Source: Nitrospirota bacterium
Lineage (GTDB): Bacteria > Nitrospirota > UBA9217
Direction of reading: 5' to 3'
Length of the DNA stretch: 64,000 nucleotides
Assembly (NCBI GenBank): GCA_963796285.1
Contig: CAWCKW010000012.1
Coordinates: 512,001 to 576,000, forward strand
In this document: positions 52,762-63,378 of the stretch, piece by piece
Layout of the letters: each line of letters opens with the position of its first letter
Numbering within the stretch: position 1 is the first letter of the stretch
Notes under the pieces: generated by a model
Told to the model about the DNA's origin: nothing
The model's database searches: none
Seen by the model: the letters and a program-made list of their open reading frames with translations, nothing else
Translations under genes and position numbers: made by a program

Positions 52762-53479
52762 GTGCCCAGACTGTCCGTAAACATAGACCACATTGCCACG
52801 ATCCGTCAGGCAAGAAGAGGAAGCGAACCGGATCCGGTTGCAGCGGCCGTGCTTGCGGAACTGGCGGGAGCGGAAGGCATCATCGCGCACTTGCGCGAGG
52901 ACCGGCGGCATGTTCAGGACCGGGACCTGCGGCTGCTGCGCGAGACCGTGCAGACGAAACTGAACCTCGAGATGGCGGCGACCGAGGAGATGCAGCGCAT
53001 TGCGCTCGAGGTCAAACCGGAAATTACCACATTGGTGCCGGAGAAGAGGGAAGAGCTCACGACCGAAGGCGGTCTTGAGGTGGCCTTACGGACCGATTTT
53101 ATGAGATCGTATATAAGCCGGCTCCAGCAGGGCGGCATTGTGGTCAGTCTCTTTATCGATCCCGATGATAAACAGATCGCGGCGGCAAAGAAGTCCGGCG
53201 CGGACTGGGTGGAGATCCACACGGGCGCGTATGCGAACGCGAAGACCGAAAAAGACCGCGAGCGTGAGTTCGACAAGATCACCGAGGCGGCGAAGCTCGC
53301 CGGGAGCCTGGGGCTCCGCGTGGGCGCGGGACACGGTCTGAACTACGTGAACGTGCAGGAAGATAGCCCGCATCCCCGAGGTGGAAGAACTGAACATCGG
53401 CCACAGCATCATCTCACGGGCCGCGCTCGTCGGGATGGAACGGGCGGTGCGGGAAATGAAGGCATTGATTGAAAATTGA
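52762..53479 (+). CDS. pdxJ: Pyridoxine 5'-phosphate synthase (frameshift near 53360)
   Basis: [51 protein letters not shown]. Confidence 0.95.
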
Positions 53480-53544
53480 AATGCAGTGAAAATTGGAAAT
53501 TCATGGCCGGTTATGTCCAAAGTTATTTGAAAAAGAAAAAGCTA

Positions 53545-53763
53545 TTTCACCGCAGAGGACGCAGAGAAATTCAAATTCTTGAATAACAGCAAAACAAGAA
53601 TCAGGCTATAAATGTTATTAAAATCATGACATGATCTTAATAAGGAATTTAAACCGAAACAATTAATTATCCGAGGTGTCGCAGAAGGGGAGAGGCAGAG
53701 AAGAAATTTAGTGTCTTGTGATTCAAGAATTTCTCTGAGTCCTCCGCGTCCTCTGCGGTGAAA
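53545..53763. repeat. MITE-like element with a perfect 18-bp terminal inverted repeat
   Basis: TTTCACCGCAGAGGACGC ... GCGTCCTCTGCGGTGAAA around an AT-rich interior, splitting pdxJ from acpS. Confidence 0.85.
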
Positions 53764-53800
53764 GATTTCGACATTACGTTGTGGCAGTACTGGGGGAAAC

Positions 53801-54205
53801 ATGATCGTCGGCATCGGAATTGACCTGGTGAAGATCGACCGCATCGACAAGGCAGGGAAGAACCATCCCGGTTTTCTCGAGCGGGTATTTACGGAACGTG
53901 AGCGGGAATACTGCACGCGCCAGAAATATCCTGCCCAGCACTACGCAGGCAGGTTCGCTGCCAAGGAAGCGGTACTCAAGGCCATCGGCACCGGATGGAG
54001 CGCGGGCGTAAAGTGGACGGACATAGAGGTGCTTCACGGTGAAGGCGGCGGCCCGATCGTGAACCTCTCCGGCAGGGTGAAAGACCTCATGGACCTGAGG
54101 GGAGTGAAACAGGTGTTCCTCAGCTACTCGCACGATGAAGGATACGCAGTAGCGCAGGTGGTGCTTGAGGGTACGGCGTTCTCTGGTTCCGGTGAAAACG
54201 GCTGA
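53801..54205 (+). CDS. acpS: Holo-ACP synthase
   Basis: GIGIDLV, GRFAAKEAVLKAIGTG, LSYSHD. Confidence 0.95.
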   Translation: MIVGIGIDLVKIDRIDKAGKNHPGFLERVFTEREREYCTRQKYPAQHYAGRFAAKEAVLKAIGTGWSAGVKWTDIEVLHGEGGGPIVNLSGRVKDLMDLRGVKQVFLSYSHDEGYAVAQVVLEGTAFSGSGENG

Positions 54206-54248
54206 TTTATTATTATTCCAACCCGACAAGTGGGAACCTAAACTTTTT

Positions 54249-54340
54249 ACACGAATTGCACGAATGATCCGAATGTCACGAAGAAAAAAACAATCTCCTG
54301 GTTTTATTAGTATAATTCGTCCGTTTCGTGTCATTCGTGA
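54249..54340. repeat. CACGAAT-family hairpin element, inverted twin of 10077-10170
   Basis: ACACGAATTGCACGAATGATCCGAATGTCACGAA ... ATTAGTATAATTCGTCCGTTTCGTGTCATTCGTGA. Confidence 0.85.
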
Positions 54341-54414
54341 TAACTCTTTGTGATTTTCTTGCCATTTTGAGTAGAGTTTGGTTCCTTAGTTACGAAGGCG
54401 GGTAGAAACTGTCT

Positions 54415-55963
54415 ATGAAAATAGTCACCGCACAACAAATAAAGAACATCGACCGCAGGGCGATCAGGGACTTCGGCATTCCCGGCACGGTCCTGATGGA
54501 GAATGCGGCAGCAGCGGTCATGACCGCCATGGAGAAGTTCTTCGAAGGCCTTGCGGGATTGAGGGTCGGCATTCTCTGCGGCAAGGGGAATAACGGCGGT
54601 GATGGCCTGGCGCTCGCGCGGCGGCTCAGGATCAGCGGCGTACCGGTGCGGGTCGCGCTGCTCGCATCCTTTGGCGCGGTCAAAGGTGAAGCAAAGGTCA
54701 ATCTCTCCATTCTTCGCAAGATGGATGTCGAGATCGTGCAGAATGCGTCTCCCCGTTCTCTTGCCGATGTTATTGCCTGGTCGGATGTCCTTGTCGATGC
54801 CCTGCTGGGCGTCGGGTTGTCATCTCCCCTGAAAGGCGCGTATGCGCGGGCCGTGGAGATGATCAATACTTCAGGCTGTCCTGTTGTCGCCATCGACATT
54901 CCCACGGGAATCGATGCGGATACCGGCGCGGTCATGGGCGCGGCGGTCAGGGCCGATCTTACGGTGACCATGGCGTTCCTGAAGCGCGGACTCGTGCTCT
55001 ATCCCGGCGCAGGGTATGCCGGTACGGTGCGGGTCGCGGACATCGGCATTCCATCGGAGGTCGCGGAAAAAGAACATATATCAGTGAGCCTCTTGGACAA
55101 GGATTCGGTCTGGGGCGTCATCAGCGGCAGATTGCCCGATGCGCACAAAGGGGATTTCGGCCATCTCATGGTCGTCGCCGGATCGCCGGGCAAGGCCGGG
55201 GCGGCAATCATGGCTGCCAGGGGAGCGCTCAGAACAGGCGCGGGACTCGTGAGCGTGGCCACACCGAACAATCTTGTCCCGATCATCCAGGCACAGGTCG
55301 CAGAGGCCATGTGCGTCCCGTCAGCGGAAAGCATCGAAGGGACGCTGGGGATCGGGTCGGAAGAAGAACTGCTCAAGGCCATGGGAACCAAGAGCGCCTG
55401 CGTGATCGGTCCGGGGCTTTCAACCCACTACGAAACGGTCCAGGCCGTGCGGAGCCTCATTCAACGACTGACGATCCCCGCGGTGATCGACGCGGACGGG
55501 TTGAATGCGCTTGTCCGGCTTTACGGACATCCTCAAGAAGGTAAAGGCGCCTGTTGTCCTGACCCCGCACCCCGGTGAAATGGGGAGGCTGGTTGGAATA
55601 TCATCCGATGACATACAGAAGGACAGGATCGCCGTGGCTTCAGCCTTTGCCAGGAAGTATAGCGTTACGGTCGTACTCAAGGGCGCGGCCACGGTGGTCG
55701 CGACCCCTCATGGATGGGTGTTCATCAATTCCACGGGAAATCCCGGCATGGCTTCAGGCGGCACCGGCGATGTGCTCAGCGGCATGATCGGCAGCCTCCT
55801 TGCCCAGGGATACAGCGCAAGTCAGGCCGCGTGCCTCGGCGTGTATTTGCACGGAATGGCAGGGGACCTTGCGGCTCAGGAGAAGGGAGAGATTGCAATG
55901 ATCGCCGGGGACCTGATAGAAAAGATCCCGCAAGCGTTGAAAGAAACGACTGAGCAGCGGTGA
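54415..55963 (+). CDS. nnr: Bifunctional NAD(P)H-hydrate epimerase/dehydratase (frameshift near 55515)
   Basis: LMENA, GKGNNGGDG, DIPTG, HKGDFG, GPGL, DADGLN, TPHPGE, GGTGDVL. Confidence 0.93.
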
Positions 55964-56118
55964 GTGAGACCGGCAGCCTGTTCAGGCAACATGATTGACA
56001 TGAAGTTAAACGAAAAAAACAAGATCGGTTTCATTTTATCTTCATCCGTGTCCAAAAGATTTACTTTTCTCTGTGTTATCTGTGAACTCCGTGTCAAATC
56101 ACTCTTAAGGGGGATCTT

Positions 56119-56577
56119 ATGCTGACCGCGAAAGACATCATGACCAAAGACGTAATATCCGTCAAGCCCGATACCTCGATCGAGGCGCTTTCTTCGCTCC
56201 TCGTGAAGTACGAGATCAGCGGCGTGCCGGTGGTTGACGACTCGGGTGCGCTCTACGGCATCGTGACCGATAACGACCTTATCAGCCGGAACAAACGGCT
56301 CCACATTCCGACCGTGGTGAGTTTTCTGGACGCCGCGATCTATCTGGAAAGCTCGAAAAAGTTCGAGCAGGAAGTGAAACGTTTGACAGCCACGCGGGTG
56401 GGGGACATCTGCGTCCGCAAGGTGGTCACGATCGGGGAAGACACCACGGTCGTGGACATCGCCACGATCATGACGGAAAAAAAGGTGCATCTGCTGCCGG
56501 TGGTAAAGGCGGGCAAGCTCGCAGGCATCGTGGGCAAACGTGATATGGTAAAGGCCGTCGCGCGGCAGGATGAGTAA
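56119..56577 (+). CDS. CBS-domain pair protein
   Basis: AKDIMTKDV, ISGVPVVD...GIVT..DL, LPVV...GIV..RD. Confidence 0.9.
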   Translation: MLTAKDIMTKDVISVKPDTSIEALSSLLVKYEISGVPVVDDSGALYGIVTDNDLISRNKRLHIPTVVSFLDAAIYLESSKKFEQEVKRLTATRVGDICVRKVVTIGEDTTVVDIATIMTEKKVHLLPVVKAGKLAGIVGKRDMVKAVARQDE

Positions 56578-57065
56578 TGTTCAACGTGATCACTGCCAGC
56601 CCGGAGCAGACCTGGCAGGTCGGACAGCTGCTTGGGGAACTGCTCGACGCAGGCGATACGGTCTGTCTGTACGGGGACCTCGGCGCCGGGAAGACGAATT
56701 TCACCTATGGCATTGCCCAGGGGCTGGACGTGCAGGAGCAGTACATCACGAGCCCGACCTTCACCTTCGTGAACGAGTACCAGGGGCGCGTGCCGCTCTA
56801 TCATATCGACCTCTATCGGCTCAAAGATCCCGATGACCTGGAGAATATCGGGTTCGAGGAATACATTGAATCCGATGGGGTGACGGTGATAGAATGGGCG
56901 GAACGGGCCGAGGATGAATTGCCCGCGGAGGGTTTGAGCGTCTACTTTTCCTACGTTGATGAACAGTGCCGCGAGATCGGGTTCATCGGGGAAGGGGAAC
57001 GGTACGAGAAGCTGGTGGAGGAATTAAAGCAGGAGCTGGATCGATCAAAACCGGCCGCAGGATGA
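56577..57065 (+). CDS. tsaE: tRNA threonylcarbamoyladenosine biosynthesis ATPase
   Basis: GDLGAGKT, SPTF, HIDLYRL, IEWA. Confidence 0.95.
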   Translation: MFNVITASPEQTWQVGQLLGELLDAGDTVCLYGDLGAGKTNFTYGIAQGLDVQEQYITSPTFTFVNEYQGRVPLYHIDLYRLKDPDDLENIGFEEYIESDGVTVIEWAERAEDELPAEGLSVYFSYVDEQCREIGFIGEGERYEKLVEELKQELDRSKPAAG

Positions 57066-57265
57066 AACCACAGAGGGCACTGAGAAAAATGTCTGGTGGA
57101 AACCCAAACGCTTTATGTTCTTGATCAACAAGATGCTCTGTGTTCTCGCAGTTTAATGATAAGAAAAAAACGGTGCCAGTAATAAAAGTGCGCAGAGGGG
57201 GAGGGAGGCCGCAGAGGCGCTTTCTCCATAATATTTAATTTCTTCTCCGCGTGCTCTGTGGTAAA
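57066..57265. repeat. Compound ACCACAGAG-family hairpin
   Basis: AACCACAGAGGGCACTGAG immediately after the tsaE stop ... CTCCGCGTGCTCTGTGGTAAA. Confidence 0.75.
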
Positions 57266-57300
57266 TATTAGCAATACGGTTGCCCGGGACAGGGGATTGT

Positions 57301-58152
57301 ATGAAGAAGATCGGTATTATAGCAAAGGATATTCCAGCGGCGCAGAAGGCGGCAAAGAAGCTCGCCTCGTGGCTTGAGGCGCGGGGCAAGAAGGTCTTCA
57401 TCGACGCCAACACGGCCATGGCCATCAAAATGGAGGGCTACGAACCGTCTGAAATACCGGCGCTCGTCGAGATGATCATCGTGCTCGGAGGCGATGGGAC
57501 CCTTCTGTCCGCGGCCCGCTTTGTCGCCGATGCGCACACGGATGTGCCTATCTTCGGCGTGAACCTCGGCAGCCTCGGCTTCATGGCGGAACTTTCCTTT
57601 GATGAGTTGTACGACAACCTCGAAAAAGCGATAGCCGGCAAGCTTGAGACCGAGGACCGGATGATGCTGGCAGTGAGCGTGGTCCGCGAGGGAAGGAATA
57701 TTGCCCGGTACCGGGTGCTGAACGATGCGGTGATCAACAAGGGCGCGCTCGCGCGCATGATGGAGCTCAAGGTGTCGGTGAACGACGGCCACCTGACCAC
57801 CCTCAGGGCGGATGGACTGATCGTGGCAACACCCACGGGTTCCACCGCTTACTCGCTCTCCGCGGGCGGACCGATCATCCATCCGACGATCCACTGCTTC
57901 GTGATCACGCCCATTTGCCCGCATACGCTCTCGAACAGGCCGATCGCCCTGCCCGATACGGTCGTGGTGGCTGTTTGCCTGATGTCGCAGAGCGAGGACG
58001 TATCGCTCACCCTCGACGGCCAGATCGGATTTCCACTCGCGTGGAACGATGTAGTCGAGATCAAAAAATCGCGGTACAGGATGAAGCTCATCAAACACCC
58101 CTCAAAGAGCTATTACGAGATCCTCAGGACTAAATTGAAATGGGGGAATTAA
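57301..58152 (+). CDS. nadK: NAD kinase
   Basis: GGDGTLL, NLGSLGF, LND, DGLIVATPTGSTAYSLSAGG. Confidence 0.96.
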   Translation: MKKIGIIAKDIPAAQKAAKKLASWLEARGKKVFIDANTAMAIKMEGYEPSEIPALVEMIIVLGGDGTLLSAARFVADAHTDVPIFGVNLGSLGFMAELSFDELYDNLEKAIAGKLETEDRMMLAVSVVREGRNIARYRVLNDAVINKGALARMMELKVSVNDGHLTTLRADGLIVATPTGSTAYSLSAGGPIIHPTIHCFVITPICPHTLSNRPIALPDTVVVAVCLMSQSEDVSLTLDGQIGFPLAWNDVVEIKKSRYRMKLIKHPSKSYYEILRTKLKWGN

Positions 58153-58219
58153 TAATCAAGTTCAGAGTTCGGAGTTCAACGGTCAACGTTCACGGTAACA
58201 ATACTAAGGACTGTCTTTC

Positions 58220-58952
58220 ATGGATGAAGTTCAACGGGAATTTCTGGACATAGTGACGCAAGTCAGGGCGCACCTTGAGTATCAAAAGGCGCTGGGCTTG
58301 AGTTTCATTGAAACGACTTCAGTGGGAAGTCCGCGATCAGCAGTTCACCCTGTTACTCCAACGAGTGAACCGTCTTCGGTACAACAAAGCAGTGAACTTG
58401 CATGCTGTCCGCGAAGAACTTGGAGATTGTATCCGCTGTAAACTGCACAAAGGCCGGCAGAACATCGTTTTCGGAGAGGGCAACCCGAACGCAGCGCTCG
58501 TATTTGTCGGAGAGGGGCCGGGGCAGGAAGAGGACGAGCAGGGAAGACCCTTTGTCGGCGCTGCGGGACAGCTGCTGACGGACATCATCGTCAAGGGGAT
58601 GCAGGCTCAACCGCGAGGATGTCTACATCTGCAATATCGTGAAATGCAGGCCGCCGAACAACCGGAACCCCGAACCGGACGAGATCAGGCCTGCGAACCG
58701 TTCCTCATCAAACAGCTTCAGGCGATCAAGCCGAAGATCATCATCGGGCTGGGCAACGTCGCTGTCAAGACGCTGCTCAAGACAAAAGAGGGGATCACTT
58801 CGCTTCGCGGCACATGGAAGACCTATCAGGGCATTCCGCTCATGCCCACGTTCCACCCGGCATACTTGCTGAGAACTCCGGCTGACAAAAGACTTGTCTG
58901 GGATGATATTAAAAAAGTTATTGCTGAGTTGGAGAAACTGCGGAAAGAATAA
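58220..58952 (+). CDS. Family-4 uracil-DNA glycosylase (frameshifted)
   Basis: [42 protein letters not shown]. Confidence 0.9.
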
Positions 58953-58956
58953 TAAA

Positions 58957-59088
58957 ACGAGGGACGAGGGACGAAGGACGAGGATGCGGGATGAGGAAGA
59001 AGGACGAAGGAAATAAGACGAAGGATGTGAGATGCAATTGATTTTTCGTCCATCGTCCTAGTGAACGCAGTGAACGGTCGTCCCTCGA
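58957..59088. repeat. GACGAGG heptamer-arm element with a GAACGCAGTGAACGG core
   Basis: ACGAGGGACGAGGGACGAAGGACGAGG ... TCGTCCATCGTCC-TAGTGAACGCAGTGAACGG-TCGTCCCTCG. Confidence 0.75.
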
Positions 59089-59103
59089 TTTCTCTCAAAA
59101 AAT

Positions 59104-59595
59104 ATGGACAGACTCTGGGCACCATGGCGAATGAAGTATATCCTGGGTTCTAAAAAACCGGTGGGGTGCATTCTCTGCGAAGAAGTGAAGAAGAATGACG
59201 ACCGCAAGAACTATATCCTGTATCGCGGGAAGCATTCCTTCGTGATCATGAACCTCTATCCCTACAACAACGGCCACCTGCTTATCGTCCCTTACACCCA
59301 CGAGTCCGAGGTCGACCGGCTGCCCGAGGCGGAACTTGCCGACCTGATGAGAACGACACAGGCATCGGTGACGATCCTGAAGCAGGCCTTGCGTCCCGAA
59401 GGCTTCAACATCGGCATCAATATCGGAAAGTCCGCCGGAGCGGGGATCCCCGAACATCTCCATGTGCAGATCGTTCCGCGCTGGTCCGGCGATTCCAGCT
59501 ATATCACGGTGTTTGACGATACCCGCGTGATGCCTGAACTGCTTGACGGGACGTATGACAGGCTGAGGCCGTATTTTGAGAAACTCAAAGACTGA
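59104..59595 (+). CDS. HIT-family protein (FHIT/Ap4A phosphorylase-like) with an HxHxQ motif
   Basis: LWAPWR, CILC, NLYPYNNGH, GAGIPEHLHVQIVPRW. Confidence 0.88.
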   Translation: MDRLWAPWRMKYILGSKKPVGCILCEEVKKNDDRKNYILYRGKHSFVIMNLYPYNNGHLLIVPYTHESEVDRLPEAELADLMRTTQASVTILKQALRPEGFNIGINIGKSAGAGIPEHLHVQIVPRWSGDSSYITVFDDTRVMPELLDGTYDRLRPYFEKLKD

Positions 59596-59598
59596 ACA

Positions 59599-59729
59599 TT
59601 TACCACGGAGGTCACAGATCGTAAACGAAAACATGAGAAGCTGAGAAGTGGCAGAATCTACAATGTAAGTCTTTTCTCATATGCCTCTGCACCTCAACGT
59701 GTTCTCCGTATCTTAGTGACTCTGGTCAA
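59599..59729. repeat. Degenerate ACCACGGAG-family hairpin
   Basis: TTTACCACGGAGGTCACAGA ... TTCTCCGTATCTTAGTGACTCTGGTCAA. Confidence 0.55.
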
Positions 59730-59749
59730 TCTTTGTTCCCTGGAAATCC

Positions 59750-62422
59750 ATGACCGACTTAACCCCCCTCATGAAACAATACCGCGAGATCAAGCGCCAG
59801 CACCTCGACGCGATCCTGCTTTTCCGCATGGGCGATTTCTATGAGATGTTCGACCAGGACGCGGTGACCGCCTCGAAGGTCCTCGAGATCACGCTGACGG
59901 CGAGGAACAAATCCAAGGGCATCGAGACGCCGCTCTGCGGGTTCCCCTACCACGCCGTGGAGGGCTATATCGCCAAGCTCATCCGGCGCGGCTTCAAGGT
60001 CGCGGTCTGCGAACAGGTGGAAGACCCGAAACTCGCGAAGGGCATTGTAAAGCGCGAAGTGATCCGGGTGGTGACGCCGGGAACAGTGCTCGATTCCAAT
60101 CTGCTGGATGCCAAGGACAACAACTACCTCGCTTCCCTGTATCCGGCGAAGGACGGTTTCGGACTATCCTTTCTCGATATCTCAACAGGCGATTTCTTCA
60201 TGGCCGAGATCGCGGGCGCGGATAATCTCGCCGAGCTCGATACGCTCCTTGCGCGGTTCACGCCCCGCGAGATCGTGCTGCCCAGGGACCATGCGCCCGG
60301 TCCCGGTCTTTCTTCGCTGCTTCGTCAGTACACGCAGGCGATCAATACCTGCGACGACTGGACGTTCGACATCACGACCGCCCTGCGAACGCTGCTCGAC
60401 CACTTCAAGGTCGCCTCGCTCGAGGGCTTCGGCTGCAGCGGCATGAAGTCACGGCATTTCCGCCGCGGGCGCGGCGCTCCGTTATATCGAAGAGACGCAG
60501 AAGACCGGCCTTGCGAACATACGCCGCATCAAGCCTTTTCTCGTCCGGGAACACATGGTCCTGGACGCCTCATGCCAGCGCAATCTTGAACTCGTCAAGA
60601 ACATCTACGACGGTTCTATCGAAAGGAACGCTTCTGTCCGTGCTCGATTTCACGGTCACGGCAATGGGCGGCAGAAAACTGCGCGAATGGCTCCTGAACC
60701 CGCTGATGAGCGCGGCTGGATATCGAGCATCGGCTCGATGCAGTGGCGGAATTCAAGAACGACCACCAGCTTCGCTCCAGCCTTATGACAGCGCTCGGCG
60801 CGGTCTATGACCTCGAGCGGCTTATCAGCCGCGTTTCTCTCGGCGCGGCAAATGCCCGCGACCTGCTCGCGCTCAAACAGTCGTTTACCGCGCTGCCCCG
60901 GCTCCATGAACTGCTGGCCCGGTGCAATGCCCGATTGATCTATGATATGGCTCAGGAATGGGACGACCTCGCGGAGGTCCACCAGCTTATCGAGAGTGCT
61001 GTCAGCGATGATCCCCCGTATACGCTGCGCGAGGGAAAACTGATCAAAAAAGGGTACAACGCCGAACTCGACGAGCTTCGCTCCATCAGTTCGGAAGGCA
61101 AGGGCTGGATCGCGGGCATCGAGCTGCGCGAGCGCGAGCGCACCGGCATCAACTCGCTCAAGGTAAGCTACAACAGGGTCTTCGGGTATTATATCGAAGT
61201 AACGAAGACCAATCTCGCGAACGTGCCGCAGGATTTTATCCGCAAACAGACGCTCGCGAACGCTGAACGCTTCATCACGCCCGAGCTCAAGGAATATGAG
61301 GACAAGGTCCTCGGTGCAGAGGAAAAGATCCTCGACCTGGAGTACCGGCTGTTCCAGCAGGTGCGCGAATCGGTTGCCGCCTCGACCGTCAGGATCCAGG
61401 ACATGGCGAGACGGCTCGCGGTCCTCGATTGCCTTGTCTCGCTCGCGGAGGCCGCGGCAAAGAATAATTAAGCCGGCCGGTGATCCTTGACGGCGATACG
61501 CTCAGGATCATCGAAGGCAGACATCCGGTCGTCGAACAGCTCGCGCTCGAAGAGCGGTTCATTCCGAACGACACGCTTCTGGACTGCGAAGAGAACCAGC
61601 TCGTGATCCTGACCGGGCCGAACATGGCGGGCAAGTCCACCTACATGCGGCAGGTGGCGGTCATCACGATCATGGCCCAGATGGGCAGCTTTGTTCCGGC
61701 GCGCGAGGCGCAGGTCGGCATCGTGGACCGGGTCTTTACGCGCATCGGGGCATCGGATTTCATCACGCGCGGCCAGAGCACCTTCATGGTCGAGATGAAC
61801 GAGACGGCTAATATCCTGAACAACGCCACGGACCGGAGCCTCATCATCCTCGACGAGATCGGCAGGGGCACCAGCACGTTCGACGGCATCAGCATTGCCT
61901 GGGCAGTGGCCGAGTACATCCATACCAAGATCAGGGCGAGGACCCTGTTCGCCACGCACTACCACGAGCTTACGGAGCTCGCGCTTACCATGGACCGGGT
62001 GAAGAACTATACCGTGGCGATCAAGGAATGGAACGACCAGATCATCTTTCTCCGGCGCGTGGTGGAAGGCGGGGCGGACAAGTCCTACGGCATTCAGGTG
62101 GCGCGGCTCGCCGGACTCCCGCAAGCAGTGATCCAGCGGGCCAGGGAAGTGCTCGCAAACCTTGAAAAGGCCGAGTTCAACGACCAGGGTGAGCCGGTGG
62201 CAGCGACGCATATGGGCGGGAGTAAGAACGGCAAACGGAAAGACAGGCGTCACCGGCAGACAGAGGGAAGAAGCGGGAACTTCTGCACCGCAGCTCGGGT
62301 TGTTCGCCAGCGAGGCCGGCCTTTTATTTAAAGAGATTCAGGACCTGGACCTCGACACCATGACTCCGCTCGATGCAATGAATACGCTGCATGAGCTCAA
62401 GAAGAAAGTGGCCAGGAGCTGA
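59750..62422 (+). CDS. mutS: DNA mismatch repair protein MutS (several frameshifts)
   Basis: [58 protein letters not shown]. Confidence 0.97.
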
Positions 62423-62703
62423 CGCATCCGGAGCACCGTCCGCGCTTACGACATCCTTGGCCGTTACGGGGGGAGGAATTTCTCATCATCATGCCGGACA
62501 CCAGCCTGGACGATGCCGGGGAACTTGCCGAGAGGATCCGTACCCATGTCAGGGAAGAACAAATCAGTAATGTCATTGTTACCATGAGCCTTGGGGTCGT
62601 GTGTGTCCAGGAGCACGACCGGTCGGTAGACGATATCATCAGAAGGGCGGATGAAAATTTATATAAGGCAAAAAAGCTCGGCAAAGACCGGGTCGTCTCA
62701 TAA
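62423..62703 (+). pseudogene. 5'-truncated GGDEF domain remnant
   Basis: RIRSTVRAYDILGRYGG(E)EFLII...AERIR...TMSLGV...RADENLYKAKKLGKDRV; no start codon or N-terminal half; one G missing from a G-run. Confidence 0.7.
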
Positions 62704-62757
62704 GGCATCTTAACAAAGCGGCTGCGCAGCAGGAGGATCTTCCCGAGCAATTCCCTG

Positions 62758-62787
62758 TTGACACCTTGCCCCGGTTTCTGGTAGTAT
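62758..62787 (+). promoter_or_regulatory. Sigma70 promoter for rplI-dnaB
   Basis: TTGACA-18 bp-TAGTAT with a TGn extension; AAGGAG RBS downstream. Confidence 0.65.
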
Positions 62788-62823
62788 CTTGGCACCTAAC
62801 GTTTGAAAGGAGTAGTATCAGCA

Positions 62824-63270
62824 ATGCAGGTAATTTTACGGGAAGATATAGACAAATTGGGGAACATAGGCGACCTCGTCAAGGTCGCGGACGGCTATGC
62901 CAGAAATTATCCTGGTGCCAAACAAGAAGGCCATTGAGGCAACGCCTGATAACTTAAATGCCATGAATCATGCGAAAAAGATGGTCTCGGACCGCATCCG
63001 CAAGATAAAAAAAGTTGCCACGGCAGAAGCCGACCGGCTCAGAGGACTTGCCGTCATTATCAAGGCCAAGACCGGCGAAGAGGGCAAGCTCTTCGGTTCC
63101 GTGACTTCCATGGACATCGCTGATGCCGTGAAGGCGCAGGGCGTGGAGATCGACAAACGAAAGATCGTCCTCGACGAGCCGATCAAGCGTCTCGGCGACT
63201 ATACTGTCTCCGTGAAGATGCATGCCGACATTCTTGCGGAATCAAGGTCTCGGTGATCGCGGAAGAGTAG
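62824..63270 (+). CDS. rplI: 50S ribosomal protein L9 (frameshifted)
   Basis: [47 protein letters not shown]. Confidence 0.95.
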
Positions 63271-63282
63271 TCCAACAACCAA

Positions 63283-63346
63283 CAGAATTCAGGAGCCAGG
63301 AGACAGAAGTCAGGAGATACATTCCGGTTTCTGACTTCTGGCTTCT
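63283..63346. repeat. Heptamer-arm element (CAGAAGN/CAGGAGN family)
   Basis: CAGAATTCAGGAGCCAGGAGACAGAAGTCAGG ... TTCTGACTTCTGGCTTCT. Confidence 0.75.
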
Positions 63347-63378
63347 TTTTTTCTATATGCCGGTCGCGAGGTTTTATC

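Noticed and set aside
62420-62422. TGA as selenocysteine or recoded, giving a MutS-GGDEF fusion
   Set aside because: No Cys-equivalent position or evident SECIS hairpin; TGA is a normal stop in many genes here; the downstream domain is incomplete.
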